From the NCBI GenBank assembly GCA_044376115.1, contig JBILLK010000004.1, forward strand, positions 256,001 to 320,000: a stretch of 64,000 bases of DNA, in the 5' to 3' direction. Shown piece by piece: positions 25,999 through 36,054 of the stretch. The position numbers and the translations under genes were made by a program. The notes beneath the pieces were generated by a model. It did not search any database, was not told the DNA's origin, and was given only the letters and a program-made list of their open reading frames with translations. Origin of the DNA: Polyangiaceae bacterium (GTDB taxonomy: Bacteria; Myxococcota_A; Polyangia; Polyangiales; Polyangiaceae). How positions within the stretch are numbered: the first letter of the stretch is position 1; the number at the start of each line of letters is the position of its first letter.

Positions 25999-28887
25999 GT
26001 GAGCGAACTCGTCGTCCGTGGCGCACGGCAACACAATCTAAAGAACGTGTCCTGCCGGATTCCCCGAGATTCGCTGGTCGTAATCACGGGGCCAAGCGGT
26101 TCGGGGAAGTCTTCCCTCGCCTTCGATACCATCTACGCGGAGGGCCAACGCCTCTACGTGGAGAGCCTCTCAGCGTATGCCCGGCAGTTCCTTGAGCAGC
26201 TCGGTAAGCCTGACGTTGACTCAATCGAAGGACTCTCGCCGTCCATCGCCATCGAGCAACGCGCCCTAGCTCGCAGCCCTCGCTCGACGGTGGGTACGGT
26301 CACCGAGCTCTCCGACTATTTGCGGTTACTCTTTGCTCGGGCTGGGACGCCGCATTGCCCGGGTTGCGGTAAACCGATTCAGGCGCAAACGGTGCAGCAG
26401 ATCGTCGATGCGATCTTGGCCCTGCCGGAGGGCAGTCGCATCCAGTTGTTCGCCCCTGTAGCTCGGCGCAAAAAGGGCTCGTTGCGCAACGAGCTAGACC
26501 GGCTGCGTAGAGAAGGGTTTGTGCGCGGTCGGCTCGACGGTGAACTGGTCGAGCTGGGGGACCTGACACCGAGCGACTCGCAGCTTCACGACCTCGACAT
26601 CTTGGTCGACCGGCTCGTGATCAAAGAGGGCCTCAAGAGCCGGGCGACCGACTCGGTAGAGCTCGCCCTCAAGCAGGGCGACGGCCAGCTGCTGGTCGAC
26701 GCGGGTGATGGCAAGCCCGAGCGGCGCATGAGCGAACGCTTCGCCTGCATTGAATGCGGCCTTTCCCTGCCGCCGATCGAGCCGCGGATGTTCTCCTTCA
26801 ACGGACCTCACGGCGCTTGCCCGCGTTGTGACGGCATCGGCTCGCGGGTCAAGGTCGAGCCCGACCGCATCGTTCCCGATGGCGGAAAGTCGCTGCGTGA
26901 AGGGGCCGTTCTCGCTTGGGGCCGACGCGGCTCTGTACAGCTCGCCGTCGAGGTTGACAAGGCCGTCAAAGAGCTCGGCGTCAACGCCGACACGCCTTGG
27001 GCGAAGCTCCCCGCCGCAATGCGGGAGGCCATCCTGCAAGGGGCACCAGCAAAGCGTAAAGGGGCCAAAGCGTACGAAGGTGTCGTGGAACGGCTCACCC
27101 GCGCCCTCGAACAAGGGACCGAAACGAACACTGATGAAGACGACGATCAGCTTCCTCTGGAAGACGAGTTGTCGCGGTTCGTCGTGACCTCGACCTGTGA
27201 TGCCTGCGACGGAAAGAGGCTGCGCCCCGAGTCCTTGGCTGTGCGCCTCGGCAACAAGAACATCACCGATTTCTCGGCGATGGCGCTCAGCGAATTGGCC
27301 AACGAGCTATCGGGCTTGGAAGCCCACGGGGCCCTGGTATCACCGAGAGCGAGTGCGATCGCGACGCCGCTGATTCGCTCGATGGTCTCCCGCATCGGCT
27401 TCTTGATCGAAGTCGGGCTCGACTACCTGACCCTGGACCGGTCGGTGATGACGCTGTCCGGCGGTGAGGGCCAAAGGATCCGGCTGGCCACCCAAATCGG
27501 CTCGGCATTGGTTGGCGTGCTTTACGTGCTCGATGAGCCATCCATTGGCCTACACGCGCGCGACAATCAGCGGCTGATCTCGGCGCTGCGCCGGTTGGTG
27601 GACCTCGGCAACACCGTCATCTGCGTGGAACACGACCGCGACACGATTCTCGCAGCCGACCACCTGATCGACATGGGACCACGGGCTGGCGTGCACGGAG
27701 GTCAGATCGTCGCAGAAGGGTCGCCCGCAGCTGCTTTTGCCAATGCCAACAGCGTCACAGGTCCGTATCTAACCGGCGCCAAGAACGTCGTGCATCGCTC
27801 CTCGCGCAAGCTTGAGTCGGCGCCACGCTTACGCGTGGAGGGAGCATCGCTGCATAACCTCAAGAACGTCGACGCAGAGTTTCCGCTCGGTATGCTCACG
27901 GCCGTCACGGGAGTCAGCGGCTCGGGCAAAAGCTCGCTCATCAACGACACGCTGTTGCGCACGGCGCGGCGATATCTTTATCGAGCTTCGGCTGTGCCCG
28001 GCCCCACGCGCCGCATCGATGGCCTCGCGCTGTTCGACAAGGTGATCGATATCGATCAGGCGCCGCTCGGGCGCACCCCCCGCTCGAACGCAGCCACCTA
28101 TACCGGGGTGATGGGTCTGCTTCGGGACCTCTTTGCAACGCTGCCGGAGGCGCGGGCACGCGGCTATAAGGCGGGTCGCTTCTCCTTCAACGTGAAGGGC
28201 GGACGCTGTGAAGCCTGCCAAGGAGATGGCGTGCTGCGCGTCGAGATGCACTTTTTGCCCGACGTTTTTGTCGAGTGCGAGACCTGCGGTGGGCACCGCT
28301 ACAACCGAGAGACGCTCGAGGTGCGCTACCGTGGCATGTCGATCGCTGATGTGCTCGGCCTGACCGTCACCGAGGCCGCGGTCGAGCTCGACGCCGTCCC
28401 CAAGATTCGCGAGCAGCTCGCCGCGTTGACGCGAGTTGGGCTTGGGTACCTGCGCCTCGGACAACCCGCAACGACGCTCTCGGGAGGCGAAGCGCAGCGC
28501 GTAAAGCTCGCCCGAGAGCTCGCGCGCCGTTCGACCGGCTCCACGTTGTACATCTTGGACGAGCCGACGACCGGGCTGCACTTCACTGACATTGAGCTGC
28601 TATTGGTCGCCCTTCACGGTCTGTGTGACGGTGGCAACACTGTGATCGTGATCGAACACAACGTGGAGGTGATCGCCTCGGCCGATTGGGTCGTGGATCT
28701 CGGGCCAGAAGGCGGAGCCAAGGGAGGTTATGTGTTGTCCCAAGGTTCACCCGAGGAAACAGCCGCAGGTAGCTCCGCGACCGCCCTGGCGCTGGCGCCG
28801 TTCTTTGCCTCCGCCAAACGCGAACCGCTGGTGAAAGGCCGCGCAGCCGCAGCCGCGACGAAGAAACAAAAGACCAAACCGCTCTAA
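25999..28887 (+). CDS. uvrA: Excinuclease ABC subunit A
   Basis: GARQHNLKN, two GxSGSGKSS Walker A motifs, two LSGGE motifs and zinc-finger CxxC pairs. Confidence 0.98.
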   Translation: MSELVVRGARQHNLKNVSCRIPRDSLVVITGPSGSGKSSLAFDTIYAEGQRLYVESLSAYARQFLEQLGKPDVDSIEGLSPSIAIEQRALARSPRSTVGTVTELSDYLRLLFARAGTPHCPGCGKPIQAQTVQQIVDAILALPEGSRIQLFAPVARRKKGSLRNELDRLRREGFVRGRLDGELVELGDLTPSDSQLHDLDILVDRLVIKEGLKSRATDSVELALKQGDGQLLVDAGDGKPERRMSERFACIECGLSLPPIEPRMFSFNGPHGACPRCDGIGSRVKVEPDRIVPDGGKSLREGAVLAWGRRGSVQLAVEVDKAVKELGVNADTPWAKLPAAMREAILQGAPAKRKGAKAYEGVVERLTRALEQGTETNTDEDDDQLPLEDELSRFVVTSTCDACDGKRLRPESLAVRLGNKNITDFSAMALSELANELSGLEAHGALVSPRASAIATPLIRSMVSRIGFLIEVGLDYLTLDRSVMTLSGGEGQRIRLATQIGSALVGVLYVLDEPSIGLHARDNQRLISALRRLVDLGNTVICVEHDRDTILAADHLIDMGPRAGVHGGQIVAEGSPAAAFANANSVTGPYLTGAKNVVHRSSRKLESAPRLRVEGASLHNLKNVDAEFPLGMLTAVTGVSGSGKSSLINDTLLRTARRYLYRASAVPGPTRRIDGLALFDKVIDIDQAPLGRTPRSNAATYTGVMGLLRDLFATLPEARARGYKAGRFSFNVKGGRCEACQGDGVLRVEMHFLPDVFVECETCGGHRYNRETLEVRYRGMSIADVLGLTVTEAAVELDAVPKIREQLAALTRVGLGYLRLGQPATTLSGGEAQRVKLARELARRSTGSTLYILDEPTTGLHFTDIELLLVALHGLCDGGNTVIVIEHNVEVIASADWVVDLGPEGGAKGGYVLSQGSPEETAAGSSATALALAPFFASAKREPLVKGRAAAAATKKQKTKPL

Positions 28888-28930
28888 TCAGAGCGGTGTT
28901 CCGGCCAGTGGTTGTGGTTTGACTGTTCGC

Positions 28931-29293
28931 TCAGCCGAAATCGCGCTCGGCCCGCTCCTGATCTTCTTTGCAACGAATGCACAGGCTGGTCTCTGGACGC
29001 GCTTCTAGCCGCTTCACAGAAATTTCCTCCTCGCACTCTTCGCAATTGCCGAAGGTACCTTCTTCAATCTTCTGAAGCGCGCGCTCGATCTTGTCGAGGA
29101 AGCTCTTCTCACGGCCACGAAGCCGGAAGGTGAAGGACTGTAGATACTCGCTCGACGCGAGATCCATCTCGTCGGGAAGATCATTGGTGTCGAGAGCCAT
29201 GTCGTCATTGAGGGTCTGTTTGGCCCTCTTCAAGATCTCGTCCCGCTTGGTCTCGAGCAGCAGCTTGAACTTCTTGAGTTGGACCTTCGTCAC
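28931..29293 (-). CDS. dksA: DksA/TraR family RNA polymerase-binding factor
   Basis: DEMDLA coiled-coil tip and CEEC...RLEARP...CIRC zinc finger. Confidence 0.9.
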   Translation of the reverse strand: MTKVQLKKFKLLLETKRDEILKRAKQTLNDDMALDTNDLPDEMDLASSEYLQSFTFRLRGREKSFLDKIERALQKIEEGTFGNCEECEEEISVKRLEARPETSLCIRCKEDQERAERDFG

Positions 29294-29400
29294 GTGCGCT
29301 CCTGTTTTTCTTTCTCGTGCAGAACCGAAAATGCGTCTTTTTGCAGAGGGCTCGAGTCGTTCTCGCGTCTGCTTCCACGGGGTGGAAAAAGAAGGCCAGA

Positions 29401-29429
29401 AAGGTAAGGACTGGAGGTGCGATCGTCAA
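29401..29429 (-). promoter_or_regulatory. Candidate sigma70-type promoter for dksA
   Basis: TTGACG, 17 bp, TACCTT. Confidence 0.5.
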
Positions 29430-29454
29430 TGAAGACCTGCGCTACGCTGGCTTG

Positions 29455-30297
29455 GTGAAGCACAATTCGCCCTTGGGGCTATCTTTTGCTGAAGAACAAG
29501 GCCCACCCCCCAAAGCAGCCGCCACCGTATTGTTGCTCAGGGAGAGCGCTGGACTCGAGACCTTTGCCATGATCCGAAACCCCAAGTCTGGGTTTCTAGG
29601 TGGAGCTGCAGTGTTTCCGGGCGGCAAGGTAGACCCTGCCGATGGCTCCGTCGCGATCGAATGGACGTCGACTCCGCGCCTTGCGCAGCTGGCATCCGAG
29701 CGCGATGAACAGCGTGGGCTGCTGGTCGCTGCGCTACGAGAGACGTTGGAGGAGGCGGGCGTGCTTCCGGGGGCAGCGACCGCGGCGCAAATCGACGAGG
29801 CTCGCACAGCGCTCAAGCAGGGCGTTTCCTTCGCCGAGGCCGCGCTGCATCTCGGTCCGCGGCCCGATGAATTGGTGCCTTTTGCGCGTTGGGTCACGCC
29901 GTCAGCGGAGAGCCGGCGCTTCGACGCGCGGTTCTTTCTGTTGCCCATGCCCGAAGGACAAGACGCAGCGCACGACGGCCACGAGACCGTTGCTGGCTTC
30001 TGGTCGACTCCCGCCGCGCTGATCGAGAAGTTCGTCGGCGGGGAGATTTTGCTGGCGCCTCCGACCCTGCGCGCGCTCGAGCTACTGACGTCTTGCGCCA
30101 CCATCAGCGACGCCCTTCGGGTCGCAGATCGACAGTCGCTCTTACCCATCTGCCCGCTGTTTGTACCGGAAGATCCGCCTCTGCTCGTGTTACCGGGGGA
30201 CCCTCTACATCAGCTCGCGGAGCCTCGCGTGGATGGCCCGACCCGGTTCGTACTTCGGGACGGCCGCTTCCTCAGCGATCATTTGCCTTCGCGGTAA
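29455..30297 (+). CDS. NUDIX hydrolase (NUDT19-like)
   Basis: AATVLLLR, VFPGGKVD, ALRETLEEAG and RWVTP...RRFDARFF. Start uncertain. Confidence 0.85.
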   Translation: MKHNSPLGLSFAEEQGPPPKAAATVLLLRESAGLETFAMIRNPKSGFLGGAAVFPGGKVDPADGSVAIEWTSTPRLAQLASERDEQRGLLVAALRETLEEAGVLPGAATAAQIDEARTALKQGVSFAEAALHLGPRPDELVPFARWVTPSAESRRFDARFFLLPMPEGQDAAHDGHETVAGFWSTPAALIEKFVGGEILLAPPTLRALELLTSCATISDALRVADRQSLLPICPLFVPEDPPLLVLPGDPLHQLAEPRVDGPTRFVLRDGRFLSDHLPSR

Positions 30298-32006
30298 GCG
30301 CGAACGGCGTTGACCACGGCGTCCGCGAGATTCTGCCGGTAGTCCGCCTTGGCCAGACGAGCCTCGTCTTCGGGGTTCGAGATGAAGGAGGTCTCGAACA
30401 ACACCGCCGGCATCTCCGCGCCCATCAGCACATAGAAGCCGGCAGACTTGAGACCGTGGTCGCTTACGTCGGGGTAGCGTGAGCGGAGCGAAGCGAGCGC
30501 CGACTTCTCGAGCAATAGGCCCAGACGACGCGAAGACGCGCCGATCTCGCCCGAGCGGAGCCGGCTAGCGATCGACGCCATTTCGGCGTCGAGGGCGCCG
30601 TCGAGCGACTTGGAGCGCACCCCGTTCTCGAGCGCGGCGATCCGCGAGTTGGCCCGATTCATGTCGCGGTCGTGATCGAGCACAAACACCTCGATCCCGC
30701 GCGCGTCGCCATTCTCGCTGGCGTTGCAATGAATCGAAACGAACAGATCGGCGTGGAAGGCATTTGCGCGCGCAGTACGCTCCTCGAGCGGGATGAACAC
30801 GTCGTCATCCCGCGTCAGGATCGTCTCCAGGTTCAGCTCCGACGAAAGCAGCGACGCCGCCCGCCGCGCCACGTCGAGAGCCACCTCCTTCTCGGTGAGG
30901 CCCGTCGGGCCCACAGCGCCCGAGTCGTGCCCGCCGTGGCCCGGGTCGATCGCGACACGCCTCAAGCCGGCGGGAGAGGCGGAAGCAGAGGCCGTCGCTG
31001 CAGCCGAGTTCGTTGCGTCGATCACGATGCGGAAAGGCTCCGGGAGGTAGTACACCTTGCGTGAGAGGCTCTCAGCGAGATCCAAGACGATGCGGGCTCC
31101 CTTGTCGCGAGGAGCCACGCGAACTCGCTTGATGGCCCCACCGACCTCGATCTCGCGCTTGACGCCCTTGACCTTTGCGCGGTCGATATCGACGTAGATG
31201 CGTGCGTCCTTTGACGTTGTTGCATCTTTGGCGAGCGCCCCGGCTTGGAAGGTGGTCGGGCCACTGAGGTGAACCACCACCCGTCCACCGCCCTCCGCCG
31301 GGTAGGTGTCGATCTTGGTCACTTTCACAGGCTCGTCGCTGACTTTGAGCGCGCTCGGGGACACCACCAGATCGGCGGAAGGAGCGGCCGGAAGCGGTAG
31401 CGCAACACTGGCGGAAGCAAGCGCGGGACCTGGGACAGAAGGTTCATTGCGACGGGCCAAGCGGGTGGCCTCGGCCAGCGCCTCGCCGGAGAGCCGAAAG
31501 GCCGAAAGCAGCTCGAGATCGGCGACCAATCCCCGAACGCATGCACTTTCCCCCGCCTGCTCGAGGGGCTCGGCCCGTACCTTCGCTTGGTGGAGTTCAC
31601 GCCAGCTGAGCTGGGCGTCGTGGTGCAACTCGCCGAGCAGCTTGGCTCGCGTGCGCTCACTCTCACACGCGGTCTCCTTGCCCTTCTGAGCGCGAGCAGC
31701 GTCGGCGAGCAGCGTAAGAGCCTCATGCGCATCCGCTTCGACGTGCAGCGAGCGAAAGCTTCGAAGCCGCAATTCGGCGGCGGTGCGATAGAGCCGAGCC
31801 TGTTCTTCGGCGTTGCTTTCTTTGAGTGCTTCAACCGCAACCGCTTGCGCGAGAGCGGCCAGCTCAGCTCGCGGTGGAAGCTCGCTCGTGCCTTGCAAGA
31901 GGGCTCGGGCCTGCTCCAGGGGCGAATTTGCTGGAGCCGGAGGCAACGGGGCTGACTCGCAAGCAAGCACGCAGGCCACACTCAGAAAAAAAGCCCTCAC
32001 TCGCAT
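30279..32006 (-). CDS. N-acetylmuramoyl-L-alanine amidase (lipoprotein; helical N-terminus, AMIN-like and Amidase_3 domains)
   Basis: Lipobox VLAC; IDPGHGGHD, EKEVAL, FVSIHCNA and AVLFETSFISNPEDE. Confidence 0.92.
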   Translation of the reverse strand: MRVRAFFLSVACVLACESAPLPPAPANSPLEQARALLQGTSELPPRAELAALAQAVAVEALKESNAEEQARLYRTAAELRLRSFRSLHVEADAHEALTLLADAARAQKGKETACESERTRAKLLGELHHDAQLSWRELHQAKVRAEPLEQAGESACVRGLVADLELLSAFRLSGEALAEATRLARRNEPSVPGPALASASVALPLPAAPSADLVVSPSALKVSDEPVKVTKIDTYPAEGGGRVVVHLSGPTTFQAGALAKDATTSKDARIYVDIDRAKVKGVKREIEVGGAIKRVRVAPRDKGARIVLDLAESLSRKVYYLPEPFRIVIDATNSAAATASASASPAGLRRVAIDPGHGGHDSGAVGPTGLTEKEVALDVARRAASLLSSELNLETILTRDDDVFIPLEERTARANAFHADLFVSIHCNASENGDARGIEVFVLDHDRDMNRANSRIAALENGVRSKSLDGALDAEMASIASRLRSGEIGASSRRLGLLLEKSALASLRSRYPDVSDHGLKSAGFYVLMGAEMPAVLFETSFISNPEDEARLAKADYRQNLADAVVNAVRAYREGK

Positions 32007-32100
32007 CAGGTAGCGCAGGACGCCAACTGTTGCGAATCATTCTTTGAAGGTCTTCGTTGGCCCTCATGGCTGCGAATGGTACCTTGAGCCCAAGGCACCC

Positions 32101-33126
32101 ATGACCACACAGAACGTCGGGTCGAGTGACGTTAAGGGGTTCGACCCTGAAGAGGCGGAACGGCTGGCTTCTCTCATTCGGCCAGCCTGGGAGGACGATG
32201 AGGTCGGACTCCTGGGGGATGAGCCCCCCGCTCCCGCGGTGGCAATCGAGGCTGCACCGGCCGCTCCCGCTCAAGCGGACGCCAAGGCGTTTGAAGCAGC
32301 GGTCGAAGAGAAGACGGTCGTGGCTCCACCCCCGGCCCCGAGCGCGGGAGCGAGCAAAGCCACCGACACGATGGTCGACAGCAGGCCTCCCTTCAGCGAC
32401 GCAGCGCGACCGCAGGCGGCTGGGCCCACCATGCTCGGGCTCGGTTCTGAGGACGCGGCCGAGCCCGCGAAGGCGCCGATCGCTGCTGCCGCGGCAGCGT
32501 TGTCAAAGGAGCTGCAAGCCTTTGATTCAAGCCCGCCGGAGAAAGCCGCCTCGGGGGACGGAGTCAACAAATCGTTCACTCGTACAGCCCATCTCGAGGC
32601 AACCCCGCTGCAAGCCAGCTCCCCGACTTCGACTCGGTCGAGGGCCAACCAACGGCCTAGCGCCTCGCGCGCCGACGACCCGGTCGAGCTCCCGGTGCGC
32701 AAGAGTTCGACGGGGTTGATGCTTGGGTTGGGCGGAGCCGCTGTGGTGCTACTCGGCCTGGGTGCGTACGCACTGTTTGGCTCATCCGGCGACAAGCAGC
32801 CTGATCCAGCTACCCCGGTGAAAGCGGCCACTGAGAAGCCCGCGGAGGCGAAACCGACGGCTACCTCCAAACCGACGGCGACGGCCGCTACCCCCGCAAC
32901 CGCAGTCGCAGCGACAGCCACGGCGACTGTCACCGCTACCGCAACCGCCACGGCAACCGTCGCGGCCACGGCTGCACCAACGCTCTCGCAAACGGCGCCA
33001 ACGGCCGTTACAAAAACAACGGCGGCGAGCCCCGGGCCAACCGCGACCACCAAGCCAACCGGGCAAAAGCCACCTCCCCAAAACACAGGCAAGCCGGGAG
33101 GAATCATCCGTGACGTGCCTTTCTGA
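32101..33126 (+). CDS. Single-pass membrane protein with Pro/Ala/Thr-rich regions
   Basis: Low-complexity N-terminus, TM GLMLGLGGAAVVLLGLGAYALF, (TA)n linker and C-terminal GIIRDVPF. Confidence 0.75.
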   Translation: MTTQNVGSSDVKGFDPEEAERLASLIRPAWEDDEVGLLGDEPPAPAVAIEAAPAAPAQADAKAFEAAVEEKTVVAPPPAPSAGASKATDTMVDSRPPFSDAARPQAAGPTMLGLGSEDAAEPAKAPIAAAAAALSKELQAFDSSPPEKAASGDGVNKSFTRTAHLEATPLQASSPTSTRSRANQRPSASRADDPVELPVRKSSTGLMLGLGGAAVVLLGLGAYALFGSSGDKQPDPATPVKAATEKPAEAKPTATSKPTATAATPATAVAATATATVTATATATATVAATAAPTLSQTAPTAVTKTTAASPGPTATTKPTGQKPPPQNTGKPGGIIRDVPF

Positions 33127-33186
33127 TCTAGCCTGTGCTCCCGTAAAGTTTGGCGTCCTTCGATTCGCACTCGTTTGAGGTTTTGA

Positions 33187-34425
33187 ATGTCCTGCGCCCT
33201 GCGTGATCTCTCGACCCAGCCGCCGGCTGCGTCTATCCGGCACAAAACTCGAGGTTCTTTCGTCGGCCTACGGCTCGCTGCGCTGTTTGCAGTGAACGTG
33301 GCCGCTGCGTCTCTACCAAGCACCGCCCTTGCACAAGGTGCCCCGGCGGTGAGCGACCCGGTCAAAGACGTTGCGCGTCAACGTTACGAGGAGGGCGTCA
33401 AAGCGCTCGATGAAAAGCGATTCGAGGACGCTCGGGTCGCGTTCGAGCAGGCGTTCAAGCTGATTGGCTCGCCCGCCGTCCTGTTGAATCTGGGCGTCGC
33501 TGAGAGCAAGACCAATCGTTGCGTTGACGCCGGCAACCACCTCCATCGCTTCTTGCGTGAGCACAAGGCTGCGACCCCCGACAACCGTGCACTCGCGACG
33601 GCCACCCTGGACGAGTGCAAGAAGAAGGTGTCGACGCTCAGCGTTTCGGTGGACGCCCCCGGCTCCGAGATCGCAATCGATGGCAAGGTCGTCGGCCGCT
33701 CACCGCTCGAGGATCCGTACTTCGTAGAGCCGGGCCCCCACGTCGTAACCGCGAGCAACAACGGGAAATCAGCGACCAACAAGACCGACGTTCTGAAAGG
33801 GGCGTCTGCAAATGTGGTGTTGTCGCTCGGTGGTGGTACCCCAGCGCCCCCGCCCGTCGATCCCGGAGGAGGCGGGCTTCAGCCCCAACCGATCGGCCAG
33901 CCAGGCTACCCGGGGATGCAGCCGCAGCCCTTCTTACCGCCCCCGCAAACAGACGCAGCAGGCGAGGACTTTGGCGCTTGGTACGTGCGAAGTCCGCTGG
34001 CGTGGGTTGGAACAGGTGTCGTTGGCGTTGGCTTGGGCGTGAGCATCGCGTTCACGGCCCTCTCCGCGGACAGCCTATCCGTGACCAACTCCATCGCCGA
34101 TCAGATTCGCGCCCAAGCCGCCGCGGACGGCATTCAAGGAGCTCCTTGCGGTACTGAAGCTGGAGCCAACGACGTCTACCCGATCGCTTGCAAAGACGCG
34201 CGTGACGCGCAGGATGTGCACGACGCCAACCAGGCCGTGATGATCGTGGGCTGGGTCACGACGAGCCTGGCCCTTGCGGGCACCGTGACCTACGTGATGC
34301 TCGATTGGTACGCTGGTTCGCGCACGGACGGTCCACCTCGCAGCGCGGAACAGGGGCCGTCGGTCGCCTTCGTTCCTTCCGTTTCACCCGACGCGGTGGG
34401 CGGGGTCCTTGTCGGCCAGTTTTAG
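33187..34425 (+). CDS. TPR plus PEGA domain envelope protein
   Basis: Signal peptide, TPR-like helices (ARQRYEEG...VLLNLGVAE), PEGA (APGSEIAIDGKVVGRSPL...VEPGPHVV) and C-terminal GGVLVGQF. Confidence 0.85.
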   Translation: MSCALRDLSTQPPAASIRHKTRGSFVGLRLAALFAVNVAAASLPSTALAQGAPAVSDPVKDVARQRYEEGVKALDEKRFEDARVAFEQAFKLIGSPAVLLNLGVAESKTNRCVDAGNHLHRFLREHKAATPDNRALATATLDECKKKVSTLSVSVDAPGSEIAIDGKVVGRSPLEDPYFVEPGPHVVTASNNGKSATNKTDVLKGASANVVLSLGGGTPAPPPVDPGGGGLQPQPIGQPGYPGMQPQPFLPPPQTDAAGEDFGAWYVRSPLAWVGTGVVGVGLGVSIAFTALSADSLSVTNSIADQIRAQAAADGIQGAPCGTEAGANDVYPIACKDARDAQDVHDANQAVMIVGWVTTSLALAGTVTYVMLDWYAGSRTDGPPRSAEQGPSVAFVPSVSPDAVGGVLVGQF

Positions 34426-36054
34426 TCGAAGCCGGGAAATTGCCGAGATCGCCAGCGTGATTGCAGCCACAAGAATCGCTGGGGCACCCATGAACAGCAC
34501 GGCGCTCGCAGCGTTCTCTCCGAGTGCGTTTGCGTCCCAGCCGACGTAGAGAAACAAGCTGGTAGCTGCGGCAAATACTGCAAAGACAGCCGCTTCGATC
34601 ACGCTCTCGCGGCTGCGCGCAGCAACCCTCGAAAGCAACATCGTCGCCATCGCGGTCACGAACAAGGCCGCTACCAACGCCTTGCTAGCATCGGGTAAGA
34701 AGTACTCGATCCCAGCCGTTCGGCTGAGCGTCGCGCGGTAGCCCATAGCGACGAGCGTTCCGGCATACGTGCCCGTCATGATCGCGGCTAAACCGCAACT
34801 GGCAGCAGTAACGCGAAGCCTCAGACGCGAACGGGCGACCACAGCCCCGGTTCCAACGAAGCCCAGGCTCGAGAGTCCACCGCGCCACAGCCTCGAGCGC
34901 TGCTCGCGTTCGCTTGCGGCGTGGTCGCGCTCATCTGCAAGCCGCATCAACAGCGCTGAGGCTTCCTCTAGCGACGCCCCCGGCTCCAACGCAGCGGCTT
35001 GTTCGCACGAGGCGGATGGTCGAAGCGTGCAGCCTCGCGCTACGGTCTCACGAAATCCCTGGCCGACGGAGGCTTCCACCGTGGGGCTAGGGGTGGCGAG
35101 AATATCGACCATCGGCGCTCCGAGACTTTGCCGCAGCGTGCGCGTTCCCAACAGCGTCGCAACGGTGGGCGCAACGTCTCGCGTCTCACGAACCGGCAAC
35201 TCGACGCCAACGCGAATTGGCCCGAAGGCCGCTAAAAAGAAGGCCGCATGAGCAGCCTCCTCGTCCCCTCCGTGCCCGCCGCCCGCGATGTGGCCGTGGT
35301 CCGAAAGCACCAGCAGGATATCACGCTGCGGGTCCAACTGCGCAGCAAGTCGACCCACGACGGCGTCAGCGTGCCGGGCCGCAGCTGCGTATGCCTCGGA
35401 TTCGGGGCCGTGTTCGTGACCAGCGTCATCGACCTCGCCGATGTGCACCAACTGCAAGGACCCGTCGGTGAAGGTTGGGTCGATGAAGAAGTCGGTGGCA
35501 AACCGCAATCTCCCCGAAACTACGTCCACTCCCGATGGTGCACCGACGATCGCCTCGAAGGCTGAGAACTGACGTGAGTGGACGGTGACGGCCCACCCCG
35601 CTTCATGCGCCGCAGCGAGCCAGGTATCGAGCCCTCGCTTACCGATACCACTGCCGTTGAGTCGCACGCCGCTCTCACGAGGACCGAGCCCGCTCAACAT
35701 GGCAACGACGTTGGGCGACGTGAAGGTTGGGAAATGAGCGCGCAACGGGCGAAACACGCCCCGTTCTCGAAGGGCGGCTAAATGCGGCAGGCTCCGGGCC
35801 GGCACCTCTCCCAAGCCATCGACCATCGCGACCACTACCCTCCCACTCGGTTCGCGAAATCGTGCGGAGGCCGGCGATTCGGGCACGATGGGTCCCTGCC
35901 CTGCTGGCGGATTCCAGCTCGGCAGCGTCAGCCCCATCACCGCAAAGGTCGCAGCAGCGCCAAGCGCGAAGGCCGAAGCAATCGAAGCGAGGAGCCGAGC
36001 CGCAGTTGGCCGGATCGCTTCGTCGCTCAGAACGATTGCATCTCCGTTCCGCAC
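34384..36054 (-). CDS. Alkaline phosphatase superfamily membrane protein
   Basis: MVDGLG, FPTFTSPN, VDDAGHEHGP, SDHGH and DVAPTVATLLG; several C-terminal TMs. Start uncertain. Confidence 0.85.
   Translation of the reverse strand: MRNGDAIVLSDEAIRPTAARLLASIASAFALGAAATFAVMGLTLPSWNPPAGQGPIVPESPASARFREPSGRVVVAMVDGLGEVPARSLPHLAALRERGVFRPLRAHFPTFTSPNVVAMLSGLGPRESGVRLNGSGIGKRGLDTWLAAAHEAGWAVTVHSRQFSAFEAIVGAPSGVDVVSGRLRFATDFFIDPTFTDGSLQLVHIGEVDDAGHEHGPESEAYAAAARHADAVVGRLAAQLDPQRDILLVLSDHGHIAGGGHGGDEEAAHAAFFLAAFGPIRVGVELPVRETRDVAPTVATLLGTRTLRQSLGAPMVDILATPSPTVEASVGQGFRETVARGCTLRPSASCEQAAALEPGASLEEASALLMRLADERDHAASEREQRSRLWRGGLSSLGFVGTGAVVARSRLRLRVTAASCGLAAIMTGTYAGTLVAMGYRATLSRTAGIEYFLPDASKALVAALFVTAMATMLLSRVAARSRESVIEAAVFAVFAAATSLFLYVGWDANALGENAASAVLFMGAPAILVAAITLAISAISRLRLKLADKDPAHRVG

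Noticed and set aside
32860..33060. (ACGGCG)-like repeats as a separate element
   Set aside because: Degenerate codons of a Thr/Ala-rich linker.
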